Assembly: GCA_964016885.1 (NCBI GenBank)
Contig: OZ024742.1
Coordinates: forward strand, 34,534,001-34,598,000
Source: Eledone cirrhosa
Taxonomy: Eukaryota
Direction: 5' to 3'
DNA: 64,000 nucleotides
Shown here: one piece after another, positions 13,820 through 27,560 of the stretch
Layout of the letters: each line of letters starts with the position of its first letter
Position numbering within the stretch: position 1 is the first letter of the stretch
Notes under the pieces: generated by a model
What the model was told of the DNA's origin: nothing
What the model saw: only the letters and a program-made list of their open reading frames with translations
The model's database searches: none
Program-made: the position numbers and the translations under genes

Positions 13820-14819
13820 TCATGCGTAAGTGCATACACACTTAAGTACACGCACACACATACACACATATATTATATTTAACGTATTGTCTAGCTTTAT
13901 TCTATTAGGTAATCGGTGGCTTTTGTTCATTAATTGATTTTTCTTCTATTCTTAGTCTTCCGATGCTTGTCAAGCGATAGCTATTGAGAAATAAATCAGC
14001 AAGGAACAGATACACACAGATTCACAAAACACACACGTTCTTAAGAAAGTTGATGCCATCCGTATAATATCCCTGTTCTTATTTCATTCTAGATAGCGGT
14101 GAGCGCTGTAGATGAAATGAAAGGAAATCTTACGTGAAACTAAATATCACAATCGTGTTTAACTCCTCATTTGGAATATTTTCACTTCATTTACGTTGCT
14201 AATATCCATGGAGAGAGTTGTGGCCGTTAATTATGTTGTAGGTGTGACGGCTTACATCTGCATAGAGTTTTCTGGCCTCATATGATGCTGCATTACATAG
14301 AAAATTTCTTTGTATGGCTATTGTTGTTATTGCGTTGTTTTTTTTTGCTGTTTTTTTGTGTGATGGCCTACACCTGCAGAGATTTAGCTTCCGGTAGGAG
14401 ATTTTTTGCCTGTAGCTATTGCTTTTGTTTTGACGAACCACAAGCAGAGAGCACCAACAATTACCAGAAATGCATTTAATCCGACGTCCTTACTACTCAT
14501 TTTTCTGTCAGATTCCCATTCACTATCCTTTAAAAATTTGTGCAGATTTACTAAAGTAAAATGAAATCTATATCTATTTTTAAATAGTGCAACTTCAAGT
14601 GTCATGCTGCCAGTCCTTGGGCGCAAGATAAACAAAAACGAGAAATTCCATGTAGCGTCTCAAGTAAAAGCGTTGAGTGCTCTTTTCGTTTAATGTCAGT
14701 TCACATGAATTTAAGCGACTAAGTAATTACATACACACCCATATAGATGTATTTATGTATACATGCATTTATATATCGATGTAAGTATACATGAATGGAT
14801 GCATATATATATATATATA

Positions 14820-15155
14820 TATCAAACGAGGAAAGAGAAAAAAGTTATTGGTCACAATATACTGGACATCTCACTGGAACGATAGCTAAACATAATTAAA
14901 ATCAGAGACGCGTATAAACATAGTTTAATATAATCAATATTGTTTCTTAATTCCATAAACTACAGTTAGGGTTAAGATGGCAGTAAAACTCTCTTCTATT
15001 ATTTAGTTTTACTTGTATTTTACTCTACGGAGGTTTTGGCATAAGTTAAACTAAGTTTATATGCGTCTCTGATTTAGATATGTTTAGCTATGGTTTCACT
15101 GGGGTATCCTGTATATTAGTGACAAATAACTTTTTTCATTTTCTCTGTTTGATAT
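14820..15155. repeat. Old degenerate fold-back
   Basis: aaaaagttatt..gtcac..atagctaaacata..aatcagagacgc versus its reverse complement at about 15050-15155. Confidence 0.6.
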
Positions 15156-15346
15156 TTACTACTCCTTTATTGCTGTAGACATGTTTCATGGCTGCTATTT
15201 CTAATTCATTACGAATCTGTCATTGATATAGAAATATTCATGAAATGGTTGAACTACGCACGCGTGTAACGAGATGCCCCATGCTGGTTTGATAAGGATA
15301 TAATCCGTACATTAACAAATAAATACTATTTTCTACTTCAAAAGAA

Positions 15347-15440
15347 CCCTCTGATGAAGGAAATTTGTTCCAATGCTGGTTGCCTTAATTTATTAAGATA
15401 ATTAACATTGTTCCTTAATTCCAGAAACTCTAGTTAACGA
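15347..15440 (+). ncRNA. Degenerate hammerhead motif
   Basis: CTGATGA-a-ggaa...ttcc-a-GAAAC-tcta-GTTA; stem I does not pair. Confidence 0.35.
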
Positions 15441-15543
15441 TATGATGCGAGTGAAACCTTTTCGTATTAGATTTGCACGTATTCTACCCGATGGAGACTT
15501 TAGCATGAGATAAACTATGTTTGTTTATATATATATATATCTT

Positions 15544-15578
<35 letters not shown>

Positions 15579-15597
15579 TTGTGTGTGTGTGTTTGTG

Positions 15598-15682
<85 letters not shown>

Positions 15683-15700
15683 GTGTGTGTGTGCGTGCGT

Positions 15701-15815
<115 letters not shown>

Positions 15816-18588
15816 AACGCGGATGACCATAATGATACTTGAAAATATTGGTGCGTTAGGATGTGCACAATTCAAATATCAAATTTTCTCAATTCATTTT
15901 AAATCAACAGCTTTGTTTTCACAGAGAGCGAGAGAAAGAGAGGGGGAGAGAGGGGAGGGAACATGCAAGCGAGATCGGTCATTAGATATATATGAGATAT
16001 GTGTATATGCATTTGCGTTGAATGAAAATGCCCCAGTGGCTAGGAGTGAGATAAAACTAGATATGTTTTGACATCATAAGAATGTAGGTCTTTTGTCATT
16101 TAGATGTTTTCTATCTAATTATGTTCATTTATTCTATATCATGTAGTCCCTTAGGCATTAGAAATGGCTGCCACATTTTCTGGAGAACATAACTATGAAC
16201 TATGGACTGGATTCTTCGACATAATGTGATATGTCAACTTGAGTCTGCTTGTTTATCCACCATATATTCTAAGTAACGATTTTATTAAATATATATTTGC
16301 CTTGTGGAAACATTTATAGAATTTTCATCAATTGAGTTATGTCTATTATAATAAAATGAGATTTATTATTAACATAATTTGCAATCATATGCCTGATATA
16401 ATGTCACTATAAGAAAGTTACTAACACGTACAATTGTAGCTTTGTATAAGGAGCCGTCGACATTTTGTTTTTGTTGTTATTGTTTTAACTGATAGAAAGA
16501 ATATCCTTTAGATTTTATCGAACATTTAAGCAGTGAATTGGTAAAGTTGTTAGCATGTCGTTATGTCTCGGTAGTCTTTCCAGTTCTCTGAGATTTGAGT
16601 TCAAATCTCGCTAAGTTCAACTTTACCTTTTATCCTTATGAATTTAATGAATGAAATACCAATCTACGGCTGGGTTATTGGCGGAAGGGTTAAAGACTCC
16701 GGCTTTGTACGTTCTTAGTTCAAATCCCTTATTCATCTACTAGGATTTGCGACCGACAGAGAGGATCAACAATCGAAAGATCAATGGAAGTAAAATTACC
16801 TTGATCCGCTCATTTTATTTTTATTTTAAACATATTCATTTGTCGCTATTTTATATCAGTTTTATACATATGGAGAAAGAAAACAAAGGTGAGTATCTAA
16901 ATGTAATCTATATAACTAATTACTTTATTATATGTTATGTTTGTTTCATTTTATAATATTTCTATAGTCCACTTCTGTCCCTCAATCCTCGCATTATCTC
17001 CCCCATTATGAAGACAACTGAAGAAAGGGTTGAAAATTGTTTGATGCACCAGAGTGGTACTGAATTAACATTGGATAAAGGCAACGTGGTGATGGAAAGA
17101 ATACATTGGGAGATTTCTTAACAAGTTTCGGGCATAATAAACGTCCTTGTCAAACAATAGTCATCCATGTATCTGTCAATTGATCGTAGTTACTAAAGCA
17201 GCCAAAAAAACCATTTAGATAAACTAACATCCTCAACATTTAAGATATATTCGAAAAGCGTTTGTCCCATATATATCCGGAGAAAACTGTACCAAAAATT
17301 AGAACTTTAAAAAATATATTTCCAAACAATATTGAGTTCAATATTTACACCGTAGAATATCAACTTCAGTTAACGATTGTAAGGGTACTGTTTCATTCAG
17401 TTTACCATTTATTTTTAAGATTCCAGAGGTGCGACAAAACTTTTGACACCTCTAGAAATAAATAAAAAGTTAATATAATTGTTTGCGTTCTTAAAGTGGT
17501 TAAAATCGTTATTGTATGATTTAATTGCTTCCATTTCAACATACAGTCTCAGATCAAGTCACTAAACAAGTAAAATTCCGGATTATTAAGTTCGTCAACG
17601 TTATTTCGCTGTTACATTGAACTTCCCCTGTTGTATATATATTTCTTTCTGGTTAAGATCACCATCAATATCAGGTGCTGTCTATTCTCAGCATCTCGCT
17701 CTTTCTTGTTCTGTCCTTATTCACTCACTGCACTTTAAGCCAGTCTGTCCTATTCTTGATATTATCCATTCACGTAAATCTTGATTTTCCTCCCCTACAT
17801 CCTCTCATTAATTTTGCTTTCTATCGATTATCTCTGTGAACGATTTGTTTCTAATTAAATGTCCGAAATATTTTAGTTTTCTTTCGTTGATGGTATCTAA
17901 TAAACTTTTCTTCGTTTTTTGCCATGAAGCACAGGGAAGATCCATCGTCGGTTTCGACAATGAATGTTGAAGTGTTTCAGTTGTTTAAACAATGGAACAG
18001 CCTGCTCGTGAATTAACGTGTTAGTGGCTGAGCATTTCATAAACACGTGTATCCTTAACAGAATTATTAACTATTTGACCATGTTGTTTCCACTATAGAA
18101 TAAAATAAAGGTCACCTTTCAACAATCCGAATTAGTGATGCAGTATCAATTTCATGGTCGACGTTGATTCATCTTATTTGCATTACTAATGATAAAAACG
18201 TGACTACAATTAATTTAGTGGCTGAAATTTTATTTTTTATTCATAAATATATTGTTTTCTTCATACTACTTTCTCGGCTCTAGACATAGATTTTTCCTCC
18301 ATTCTTCTATTGATTTACTTGCTTCAGTAAATAGACTGTGGCTATGCTGGGACATAGACTTGATTTAATGAATCATATTGACCCTAGTACTTTTCAAGTC
18401 TGTTACCTATTTTATCAATGCTTGTTCTACCTAACCGCTAAGTAACGAGACTTCATTAGAGACACAGACGTAAACATGGACAAAGACGCACGTATAAACA
18501 AACATACACGCCCTATTCACCCATCCTGATAAATCTGGAGTATTTTGTTCAACTTTCCAATGTCTTCTTTCTCCTAAATTTAATTTTT

Positions 18589-18664
<76 letters not shown>

Positions 18665-19014
18665 GGACACCCCTTCCCCGTCAATTTCGACGTATGATGA
18701 TCCGATCAACATATTCAGTTCATTCAATTTTGATATCTAAGTCGGGCATGAAATTTTAGATCTGCCAAGGATTTGCAAGCAAATGTGAGGTTTACTGGAT
18801 AATGTTTCTGCTATGTTTTATAATGTTTTTCCCTTCCTTCACCCTTCTTGTAACCTATTGATACAATCGGACTGGAAGTTTCCGATTCCATTATAACTTA
18901 CAGATCTCCAGTTCTTCCGCTTCAAAGCAAGTTGCTCAAATGTCTCATAAGGTATATTAGTTGCTGAAAGATTACACTTATATCACACACACACGCACGC
19001 ACGCACACACACAC

Positions 19015-19119
<105 letters not shown>

Positions 19120-19307
19120 CTTACGCACATGCACAAGTATAGCTCTTTTTACCAAAAGAAATCATACACAATAAATAATACACAAAACACCACCACCAAC
19201 AGTTTTGCAAGAGATGTCAACATGAATGGACCTGTTATTTTTAACTAAAGACATTTTTTCCAATTCCATCCCGCCCGTCTCCTCAATCTATCTTATTTCT
19301 CATTCTT

Positions 19308-19344
19308 TCTTCTGATGAAGGACTAGCGTCCGAAACGTTAAAAC
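19308..19344 (+). ncRNA. Minimal hammerhead motif
   Basis: CTGATGA-a-ggac-tagc-gtcc-GAAACGTTA with aacgtt palindrome. Confidence 0.62.
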
Positions 19345-19492
19345 CCTCTTCCTGCTATATCAAGCGTTAACCTAATATATCCCTTCCATATACTGTACCG
19401 ATTGTGTTGTTATTTCTGTTTATCTTTTACATACATACATATATATATATATATATAATATAAGATCAAAAGATGGTTAAAGGAGTTCCATG

Positions 19493-19563
19493 TATTTTAT
19501 TATGCGCATTTCAAAAACAAACATCATCATGCAATAATATTTGTGTTTTCATCAGATAAAACA
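19493..19563 (-). ncRNA. Type I hammerhead ribozyme, family of 4361-4431
   Basis: Minus strand tgttttat-CTGATGA...GAAA-tgcgca-UA-ataaaata. Confidence 0.78.
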
Positions 19564-19694
19564 GGAGAACATGATATGAAGGCTAAAAAACACTTGTGGA
19601 TAGTGCAGTTTTAAATCAACATATCAAACTGTAGAGTGCTTCTTATCCGATATCTGCATTGCTTTATTGTACTACAATAAAACTCACCTCCTAC

Positions 19695-19763
<69 letters not shown>

Positions 19764-20346
19764 GGGCTTCTGCCGTTTATCCACTCACAAGACATTGATG
19801 AAACGGAACCTATATTGGAAAACACTTTCTCTAGGTGACACTCCTCATCGTGACTGAATCAGAGTCACGTGTTAAGTGAATTGCTTCAGAACACAGTCAT
19901 GATTGGGTCTATATTTTATCATGCCTTTGTATTAATATATTTCTTTTGTTGTTGTTGTTGTTTTTTTTTGTTTTTTAAGAGGCAAATTTTTAAACTTGTT
20001 AGATCGTCGGATAACATGATTTGATATATGTGTTCGCACTCTCTTTGCCTCGAGTCACAGGTGATGTTTCTGACAGGTGATGCGACCGACACAGATTATT
20101 AGAAAGGGAAAACCCAACAGAAACATTGTTTCTTTGGTAAGATCTAGAATTCTTGCCCTTTCCATTCCATTATTCATTCTTCTACAATCTGTACATCTTT
20201 TTAAAGGTTAGTATGAATAGTATATGCGCAATACTTCAAATACTTTATTTTTCAATATTATTCGAGAACTGAAGAAATGTAATTAGAACCTCTCAGTGTA
20301 AATCATTTACCATCTTTGCCTCATCACAATTCTCTTATTTTAATAA

Positions 20347-20525
20347 TTGTTTCTACTTTTGGCACAAGGCCAGCAATTATCCCAGTGCATTACTGGTACT
20401 TTATTTTATCGACCCCATAAGGATGAAAGGCAAAGTTAACTCCAGCGGGATTTGAACTCAGAACGTGAAGGGCCATAACTCCTATGCTGCAAAGCATGGC
20501 GTCAGACCCTCTACTAATACTGCTA
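20347..20525 (-). mobile_element. tRNA-derived SINE (same family)
   Basis: Matches 7760-7940. Confidence 0.8.
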
Positions 20526-20737
20526 GTACATATCTTTCAAATTATTTCGTATATAAATATATGAAAAGTGTATCAGTTTTGTGCATTTTCAAATAGTTAA
20601 GTTAACTTTTCTATGGTGTCACTGATAAAATTTCATCAGAGGATCTCCGATCAAGTTACTTGCCAAACAAGTAAATCCCTTCTTTTTGCTTTTGTTTTAA
20701 ATTCAACACCTATATACATATATATATCTATATATCT

Positions 20738-20859
<122 letters not shown>

Positions 20860-20895
20860 GTAATAATAATAAGGATAAATATATATCAAATATAT

Positions 20896-21321
20896 AAGTT
20901 TAAGCAAAGAATCGCTGCTTTCACCCTTAACGGGTTCTTCTGAAACTAACAAAGTCAATCTGTAAACGCAGAAGTGGATATTTAAAAAAAAACGTTGCAA
21001 CCGGAAGAAGACAGGAAGACGATAGTTTGGTCCTTGGAAACGTTCCCTGGCAAAGAACGGGAAAAAATGAATATATATAAGCGGTGAAAAACAATTACGC
21101 GCAAAGACAGAACCACGTTTATGGTATAAAAGAAGTTTTTTTCCCGTTCTTTGCCAGGGAACGTTTCCACGAACCAAAGTATCGTCTTCCTGTCTTCCTC
21201 CGGTTGCAACGTTTTTTGAAATATCCACTTCTGCGTTTACAGATTGACTTTGTTAGTTGCAGAAGATCCCGTTAAGGGTGAAAGCAGCAATTCTTTGCTT
21301 AAACTTTAATCTGTTATTTTA

Positions 21322-21325
<4 letters not shown>
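20896..21325. repeat. Fold-back relic (arms about 170 bp; sibling fragment at 1552-1660)
   Basis: 20896-21067 is inverted relative to about 21135-21306; flanked by (TA)n. Confidence 0.85.
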
Positions 21326-21362
<37 letters not shown>

Positions 21363-21783
21363 TGTTGAATTTAAAACAAAATTAAAAAGAAGAGATTTAC
21401 TTGTTTGGCAAGTAACTTGATCGGAGATCCTCTGATGAAATTTTATCAGAAATGTTATCACAGAAACGTTAACTTAACTATTTACATAGAACTCATAAGA
21501 TTAAGTTCATATGTAGATATGTCAATATCTGTAAACCAAATATTGTATTTTATCTGACAATAGCGTACCAAAATACTGGTATCATTGAAATAATAAAATA
21601 AATATGGTTTTATAAAGATAGTTTCCATTTATTAATATTATTGATATATATATATATATATATAATAATATATGTAGAAATAAACACAGTAAATTGTGTG
21701 TCTAAAATTACGAGGGTAGAAATACAAGATGAGATATTCATTCGTGTGGCTTTTAGTTGTATGTGCTTGTTCCATATAATCTT

Positions 21784-21873
21784 GTCTCTCGCTGAGGATA
21801 GCCTACGGATTATCTGTTACAACACACAATTTTCAGGGTGAAACAGATTAAATCTCTAATCTGTCCAAGAGAT
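21784..21873 (+). ncRNA. Type I hammerhead ribozyme, family of 2815-2896
   Basis: gtctctcg-CTGAGGA...GAA-acagatta-aatctc-taatctgt-C-caagagat; 8-bp helix III. Confidence 0.7.
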
Positions 21874-22074
21874 GAAATAGTTACTGAGACGGTCTGTATA
21901 TATATTCTATATCTTCCGTTTGCTTCAGGTTAAATTTATCAAACCAATGTGGTACTTCTACCCTCGTAATTTTAGACACACAATTTACTGTGTTTATTTC
22001 TACATATATTATTATATACTTTGAGCTTGTTAATTATAGGGTATCAATATGAGTTAGTTACTCTGTGTTTTATT

Positions 22075-22113
<39 letters not shown>

Positions 22114-22159
22114 CAGGAAAGAAGGTTGACATGGTTTGCTATACAAAAAAGGTTTTTAA

Positions 22160-22280
22160 TCTCATAGCTGACAATTGTTTCTCTGAACTGGTAGGTCTAG
22201 AGATCGCTATTCGCTTGTTTTCACGTTACTCGATCGCCAATACAAAATTATAACCAGTCAGTTCTTCGGAGCGTGCGAGA
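22160..22280 (-). ncRNA. Hammerhead variant (CCGAAGA), related Naiad pLTR relic
   Basis: Minus strand gct-CCGAAGA-a-ctgactggt...accagttcag-a-GAAAC-aatt-GUC-agc, with palindromic acaattgt helix III. Confidence 0.7.
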
Positions 22281-22715
22281 ATGAAGAGAATATACAGGCA
22301 TGAAAAGAATATACAGGCTACTATATGAAGTAGTAATGGCATTCAGTTAGAACAATAACAACAATTACAACAATGCTATGAATAAATTATTTGAGGAGAC
22401 CCTGACATTACTTAGGTGTGTGTGGGGGGGGGGGGGGGGTATAGTGTATCTAAGATTTCGGCATGTAAAACTAGCTGACATGAAGCAGAAGTAAAAGTTT
22501 GGCATGTACAGAGTATCGTAGTGTGTATGAATTTTAAATGTTAAAGATAAGCTGGTGTTTACAGTCTTTCATAGGAATTACAGCACATCCGCAGCATCAC
22601 TATGAAAACGCCTTGTTGAGTCAAACCAAGCCAAGCGTTGATATCATCCACTACCTGGAATACCATAACTGGACTATACCTAAGTGGACTGCATCTAACT
22701 ATTATTTGTTACCCC

Positions 22716-22789
<74 letters not shown>

Positions 22790-22793
<4 letters not shown>

Positions 22794-23642
22794 TTAAAAT
22801 ATATGATAAACACGAAATGTGTTTACATTGCAACAGACAAAGTTAGCTATTAATGAAATAAACTAATTAAAGTGAATACAATTTGTCTGTCTCGATATAA
22901 GTCAATAAAGACAAGCTTATATTGGCAACGGCCATGATTCCTGGACAGATTTAAATTCAAACCTGTTCTGTAGACGAATTTGAACCTCGAAACCTAAATA
23001 AGTTTCGCAACGGTGGAATGTGAATTGAAAAATAAAGAGATTCGAAATGGAATAGAAATAAAAGAGTGAAATATCCAAATCTTCTGTGCTTATCAACAGG
23101 AATCCAGTAAAATTAGTATATCTCACATCAAAAATTATGCAGGTCTGACTACACGTGTGAAGGCAGGCCAAAACTAGCTATCCAGCATTCACGGTGCTAG
23201 AAATAACAGCCGCTTATGCAGGATTAAGGATCAGCTCTACAATAAAGGAGCTATACATTATATTATATTTTGAGAATAAACTCTCAGTCGTTTACAATAA
23301 TTAAGCTCCAGGAAGGGGCTCTTCCGAGCAGTTAAATACATTTAAAATATATGATAAACACGAAATGTGTTTACATTGCAACAGACAAAGTTAGCTATTA
23401 ATGAAATAAACTAATTAAAGTGAATACAATTTGTCTGTCTCGATATAAGTCAATAAATTAAATGTATTTAACTGCTCGGAAGAGCCCCTTCCTGGAGCTT
23501 AATTATTGTAAACGACTGAGAGTTTATTCTCAAAATATAATATAATGTATAGCTCCTTTATTGTAGAGCTGATCCTTAATCCTGCATAAGCGGCTGTTAT
23601 TTCTAGCACCGTGAATGCTGGATAGCTAGTTTTGGCCTGCCT
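22790..23642 (-). mobile_element. ORF-less partial-tandem + inverted element (about 547-bp unit)
   Basis: Direct repeat 22790-22908 / 23337-23456; inverted repeat about 23162-23345 / 23458-23642; left end in (TA)n. Confidence 0.68.
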
Positions 23643-24552
23643 AGAGTGCTCAACCGGCATATATATATATATTTCTATATAATTAATACAATAACAGAGA
23701 TAGTTTAAAGCTAATCTCTGACTGGTAACCATCTCACTCAACAAACATTAGGTTATATTTTAATATAAACCCAATTTAAGTGTTTGGGGTGCTAACAATA
23801 TGTATTATGTGGAAAAGCCAGTTGTATTATTTTACGAGATATAATTAAAGTTAAAATATATCTCTCTTTCCAAACAATTGTTTCATTATAAGTTTTCTAC
23901 AAATTCGGAGAATATTTCCAGTTTATGTAGAAGCCTAATATACATTCATGTAAGAATATATTTAGGTGGGCGTTTATAAATCATCAGTGGAAGCCCATTA
24001 AACTTTGATATAAGAAAACCATTTCTTACCAGAGTTAAAAATCGTGTCTGTTAAGTTGCTCCTTCCCGCATCGAATGACCGGCAAATTTGAAATTCCAGC
24101 AGTTTTTGACTGAGGAAGTATCATAGCGTCACTAAGCGGGAAGGGGAGACAACTACGATCCACGAAAGGAGGAAAAATAATAATATACACGCGGGTTAAT
24201 CAGTTTTTTCGAAAACATTATCAATCCAACGTGTTAAGAACTCAATTGAAATTAAAAAAATAAATATATGCGTGTATAAATTACATACGCATATAGATAT
24301 TTTCTTAGGCTAAAATCAGAGGTTGTACCTGAATAAGAAACCGCATCTCGTAACCGTAGTAAATACGGAAAGTTATGCTTTAAAAGGCAAATGGGAATGT
24401 AAATCTCCGGCCGAATTGAGAGTAAAATATAAAACACACGCTGGTTAATTAGTTATTTCAAAACTAATATCAATTCCTCGTGTAAAGAACTCAATTAATT
24501 TAAAAAAATAAATGTATGCATGTAATTATATACATAGGCATATATATATTTT

Positions 24553-24615
<63 letters not shown>

Positions 24616-24872
24616 GTTATTCCGGGTTGAATCGGAGGTAACCACAGTAAGTAAGGTACTCAATACATTGCAGAGTATAAAAGTTTTATATATGTATGTA
24701 TGTATATATATATATGTATGTATGGTGTATGTGTGTATATATATGTGTGTGTATGTGTGTATATATGTATATATGTGTATATGTGTGTGTGTGTATATAT
24801 ATGTGTGTGTGTGTGTGTGTATATATATGTGTGTGTGTATGTATGTGTGTGTATGTATATATATATATATAT

Positions 24873-25494
24873 ATAATGGAAAAATTTGAACAGGGACAAA
24901 ACAGAGATGCAGTACAACGAATGTTTATTAATTTCACGCTCTGGAGAGTGAGGTGTTGGTGGGGGACAACGTTTCGGGCATAAGCCCTTCCTCAGGTGAG
25001 AAGTGTGTGGGAACAGAGTTCAAAGGGTGTGTAGGGGAGTGGTGGAGAGACATATAGCGAAAGGAAACGGTGCGAATGAAAAAAATAAAAAAATAAAAAA
25101 ATAAAAAAATAAAAAAATAAAAAAATAAAAAAATAAAAAAATAAAAAAATAAAAATAAAATTAAAAATAAAGCATGATCAAAATACAAGGAATGAAATAA
25201 ATTTAAATATAAAAGCATGAGGCAAAGAATCATATACGGAAATAAACAAGTACAGTAACAAAATCAAACACAGGTAATGCGTGGAAGGAAAGACCAAGTG
25301 AGGGAAGGTGTGTAAAGTTCGGAGAAAGGTCACGGCGGATTAGATCGGGGTTGAGCCGGTAGTTAAGTTATGTTCCAAGGAATGGAAGCCGTGTGAGCGT
25401 GTATTATATATAATGGAAAAATTTGAACAGGGACAAAACAGAGAGGCAGTACAACGAATGTTTATTAATTTCACGCTCTGGAGAGTGGGGTGTT
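24873..25494 (-). mobile_element. ORF-less partial-tandem mini-PLE (about 535-bp unit) with hammerhead
   Basis: Direct repeat about 24873-24957 / 25408-25494; HHR at 24965-24998; same family as 1660-1866 (+). Confidence 0.72.
24965..24998 (-). ncRNA. Minimal hammerhead motif, family of 1746-1779
   Basis: Minus strand CTGAGGA-a-gggc-ttat-gccc-GAAACGTT-GUC. Confidence 0.58.
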
Positions 25495-26068
25495 ATATAT
25501 ATGTATATGTGTATGTGTGTGTGTTTATGGGTGCGCGGGAGTGTGTGAGTGAGTGTGTTTGTGAATGTGTCTGTTGATTTTTGGCATATAGTTGAATAGT
25601 TTAAGAGAAATTAGAAGATATTTGTATGATATGCACTCAATATTTTGAATTTGTCTACAGAATTTTCTAAACCTTTGTCACTTAGTAGAACCTTAAAGAA
25701 TTTAGCTTTTAAAGAATCTCCCTTTCCTTTAAATCTATCAACCATGACTGACCCCCACTGATCTTATAGACACCTGTTAGCTTAAGAGAAACTTAATAAT
25801 AAGGAGTGGCACCCCATCCTGAACCTGTTTATAGAATTCTTTCTGCCTTTGTTACTCTAAAAATAAAAATAAACTATAGCTTTGTAGAATTAGCTTTTAA
25901 TGAATTCCCTTTTCTTTCAACCAATGACCTACACCCATCCGACTCCCCACCCTCCTACCACTTGAAGAGACCTATAAATACCATACTTATTTTTTGATAC
26001 CCAGATTCCTGATGATTTCTAAAGAATGAAACAGTTCTAGTCCTGTAGAAGCTCATCTATATAAAAAC

Positions 26069-26155
<87 letters not shown>

Positions 26156-26278
26156 AATGGTAGCTATGGTGCTTCCATAGGCGGTATGCCAGTTGAGCAC
26201 TCTATGTTCTTACAGAACAGAGTGTGATATAATATTAAAAAAACGAAAAATCAGTGATGCATCTAGACTCAGTTTATT

Positions 26279-26377
26279 GCGTGTTACAATTGTTTCGCCG
26301 GCAGATAGCTCGGCTCGAGACATGATCATTGTATGGATCTGCCTGATTCTATAACTGCGGGTTCTTCGGACACATGC
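26279..26377 (-). ncRNA. Hammerhead variant (CCGAAGA), same repeat family as 3210-3300
   Basis: Minus strand gcatgtgt-CCGAAGA-a-cccgcagttatag...ctatctgccggc-GAAAC-aatt-GUA-acacgc. Confidence 0.68.
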
Positions 26378-26654
26378 AATGCTTTCGGAGCAAATTTTCT
26401 AACTGGGATGTTAGCTTAAAAAACACCTTTAAAAACCCTCTTCCACTCTTGTCTTGCCATTGGCTGTTGTTTGTCTACGTCATCATAAATTCTGGTCAAT
26501 ATTTGCTGCCACACTGGTCATCAGCTACTCTCCGTCCGACACACTTCAATGAACTCATGGTGGGTTAGGTATCTCACAAGTCCGCTCACACTCACAAATA
26601 TATACCCACACATACACACACACATATAAATACACATACACATACACACACGCA

Positions 26655-26772
<118 letters not shown>

Positions 26773-26857
26773 TACATATACATAACACACATATACATAT
26801 ACACACACACATACCCATAACATACATACACATATATATATACACACACATATCTAT

Positions 26858-26890
<33 letters not shown>

Positions 26891-26973
26891 TATATACATA
26901 TGCATAACACATATATACATATACACACACACACACATACCCATAACATACATACACATACATATATACACAC

Positions 26974-27010
<37 letters not shown>

Positions 27011-27285
27011 CGCACATACACATCTGTACACGCGCACACATACACACCCACATATAAATGTACATACACACATAGATACACATCTATAAAAAAAACCTAC
27101 AATATACTAAATATGCATTTAACATCATAGCTTAAAAGAACTTGTATTACACATGTATATGATTATAATGTTTATATCCGTGCATGTGTAATACAAGTTA
27201 CTTCTTTTAAGGTATGTATGGATGTGTGTGTGTACGTTTATATGTGGGTGTTTTTATGTGTACGTATGTACATATATGTATGTAC

Positions 27286-27351
<66 letters not shown>

Positions 27352-27496
27352 TAAAGAGTTAAACAAGATTCAGTGTTTACATCAAAGAATGAGTTTTACA
27401 GTAGATTGGAAGCACTCTACCGAAAAAGAATATTTCCCAGAGTTATTAATATTAATTCAAATATTAACAAAATAGATATTCTTGTGATCAATTAAA

Positions 27497-27560
27497 TTTT
27501 ATTATACATATTTCAGAGGTACTTGAATCAGGTTCCACAGTACGTCCTCATCAGATAAAA
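27497..27560 (-). ncRNA. Type I hammerhead ribozyme
   Basis: Minus strand ttttat-CTGATGA-ggacgtact...agtacctct-GAAA-tatgta-UA-ataaaa. Confidence 0.72.
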
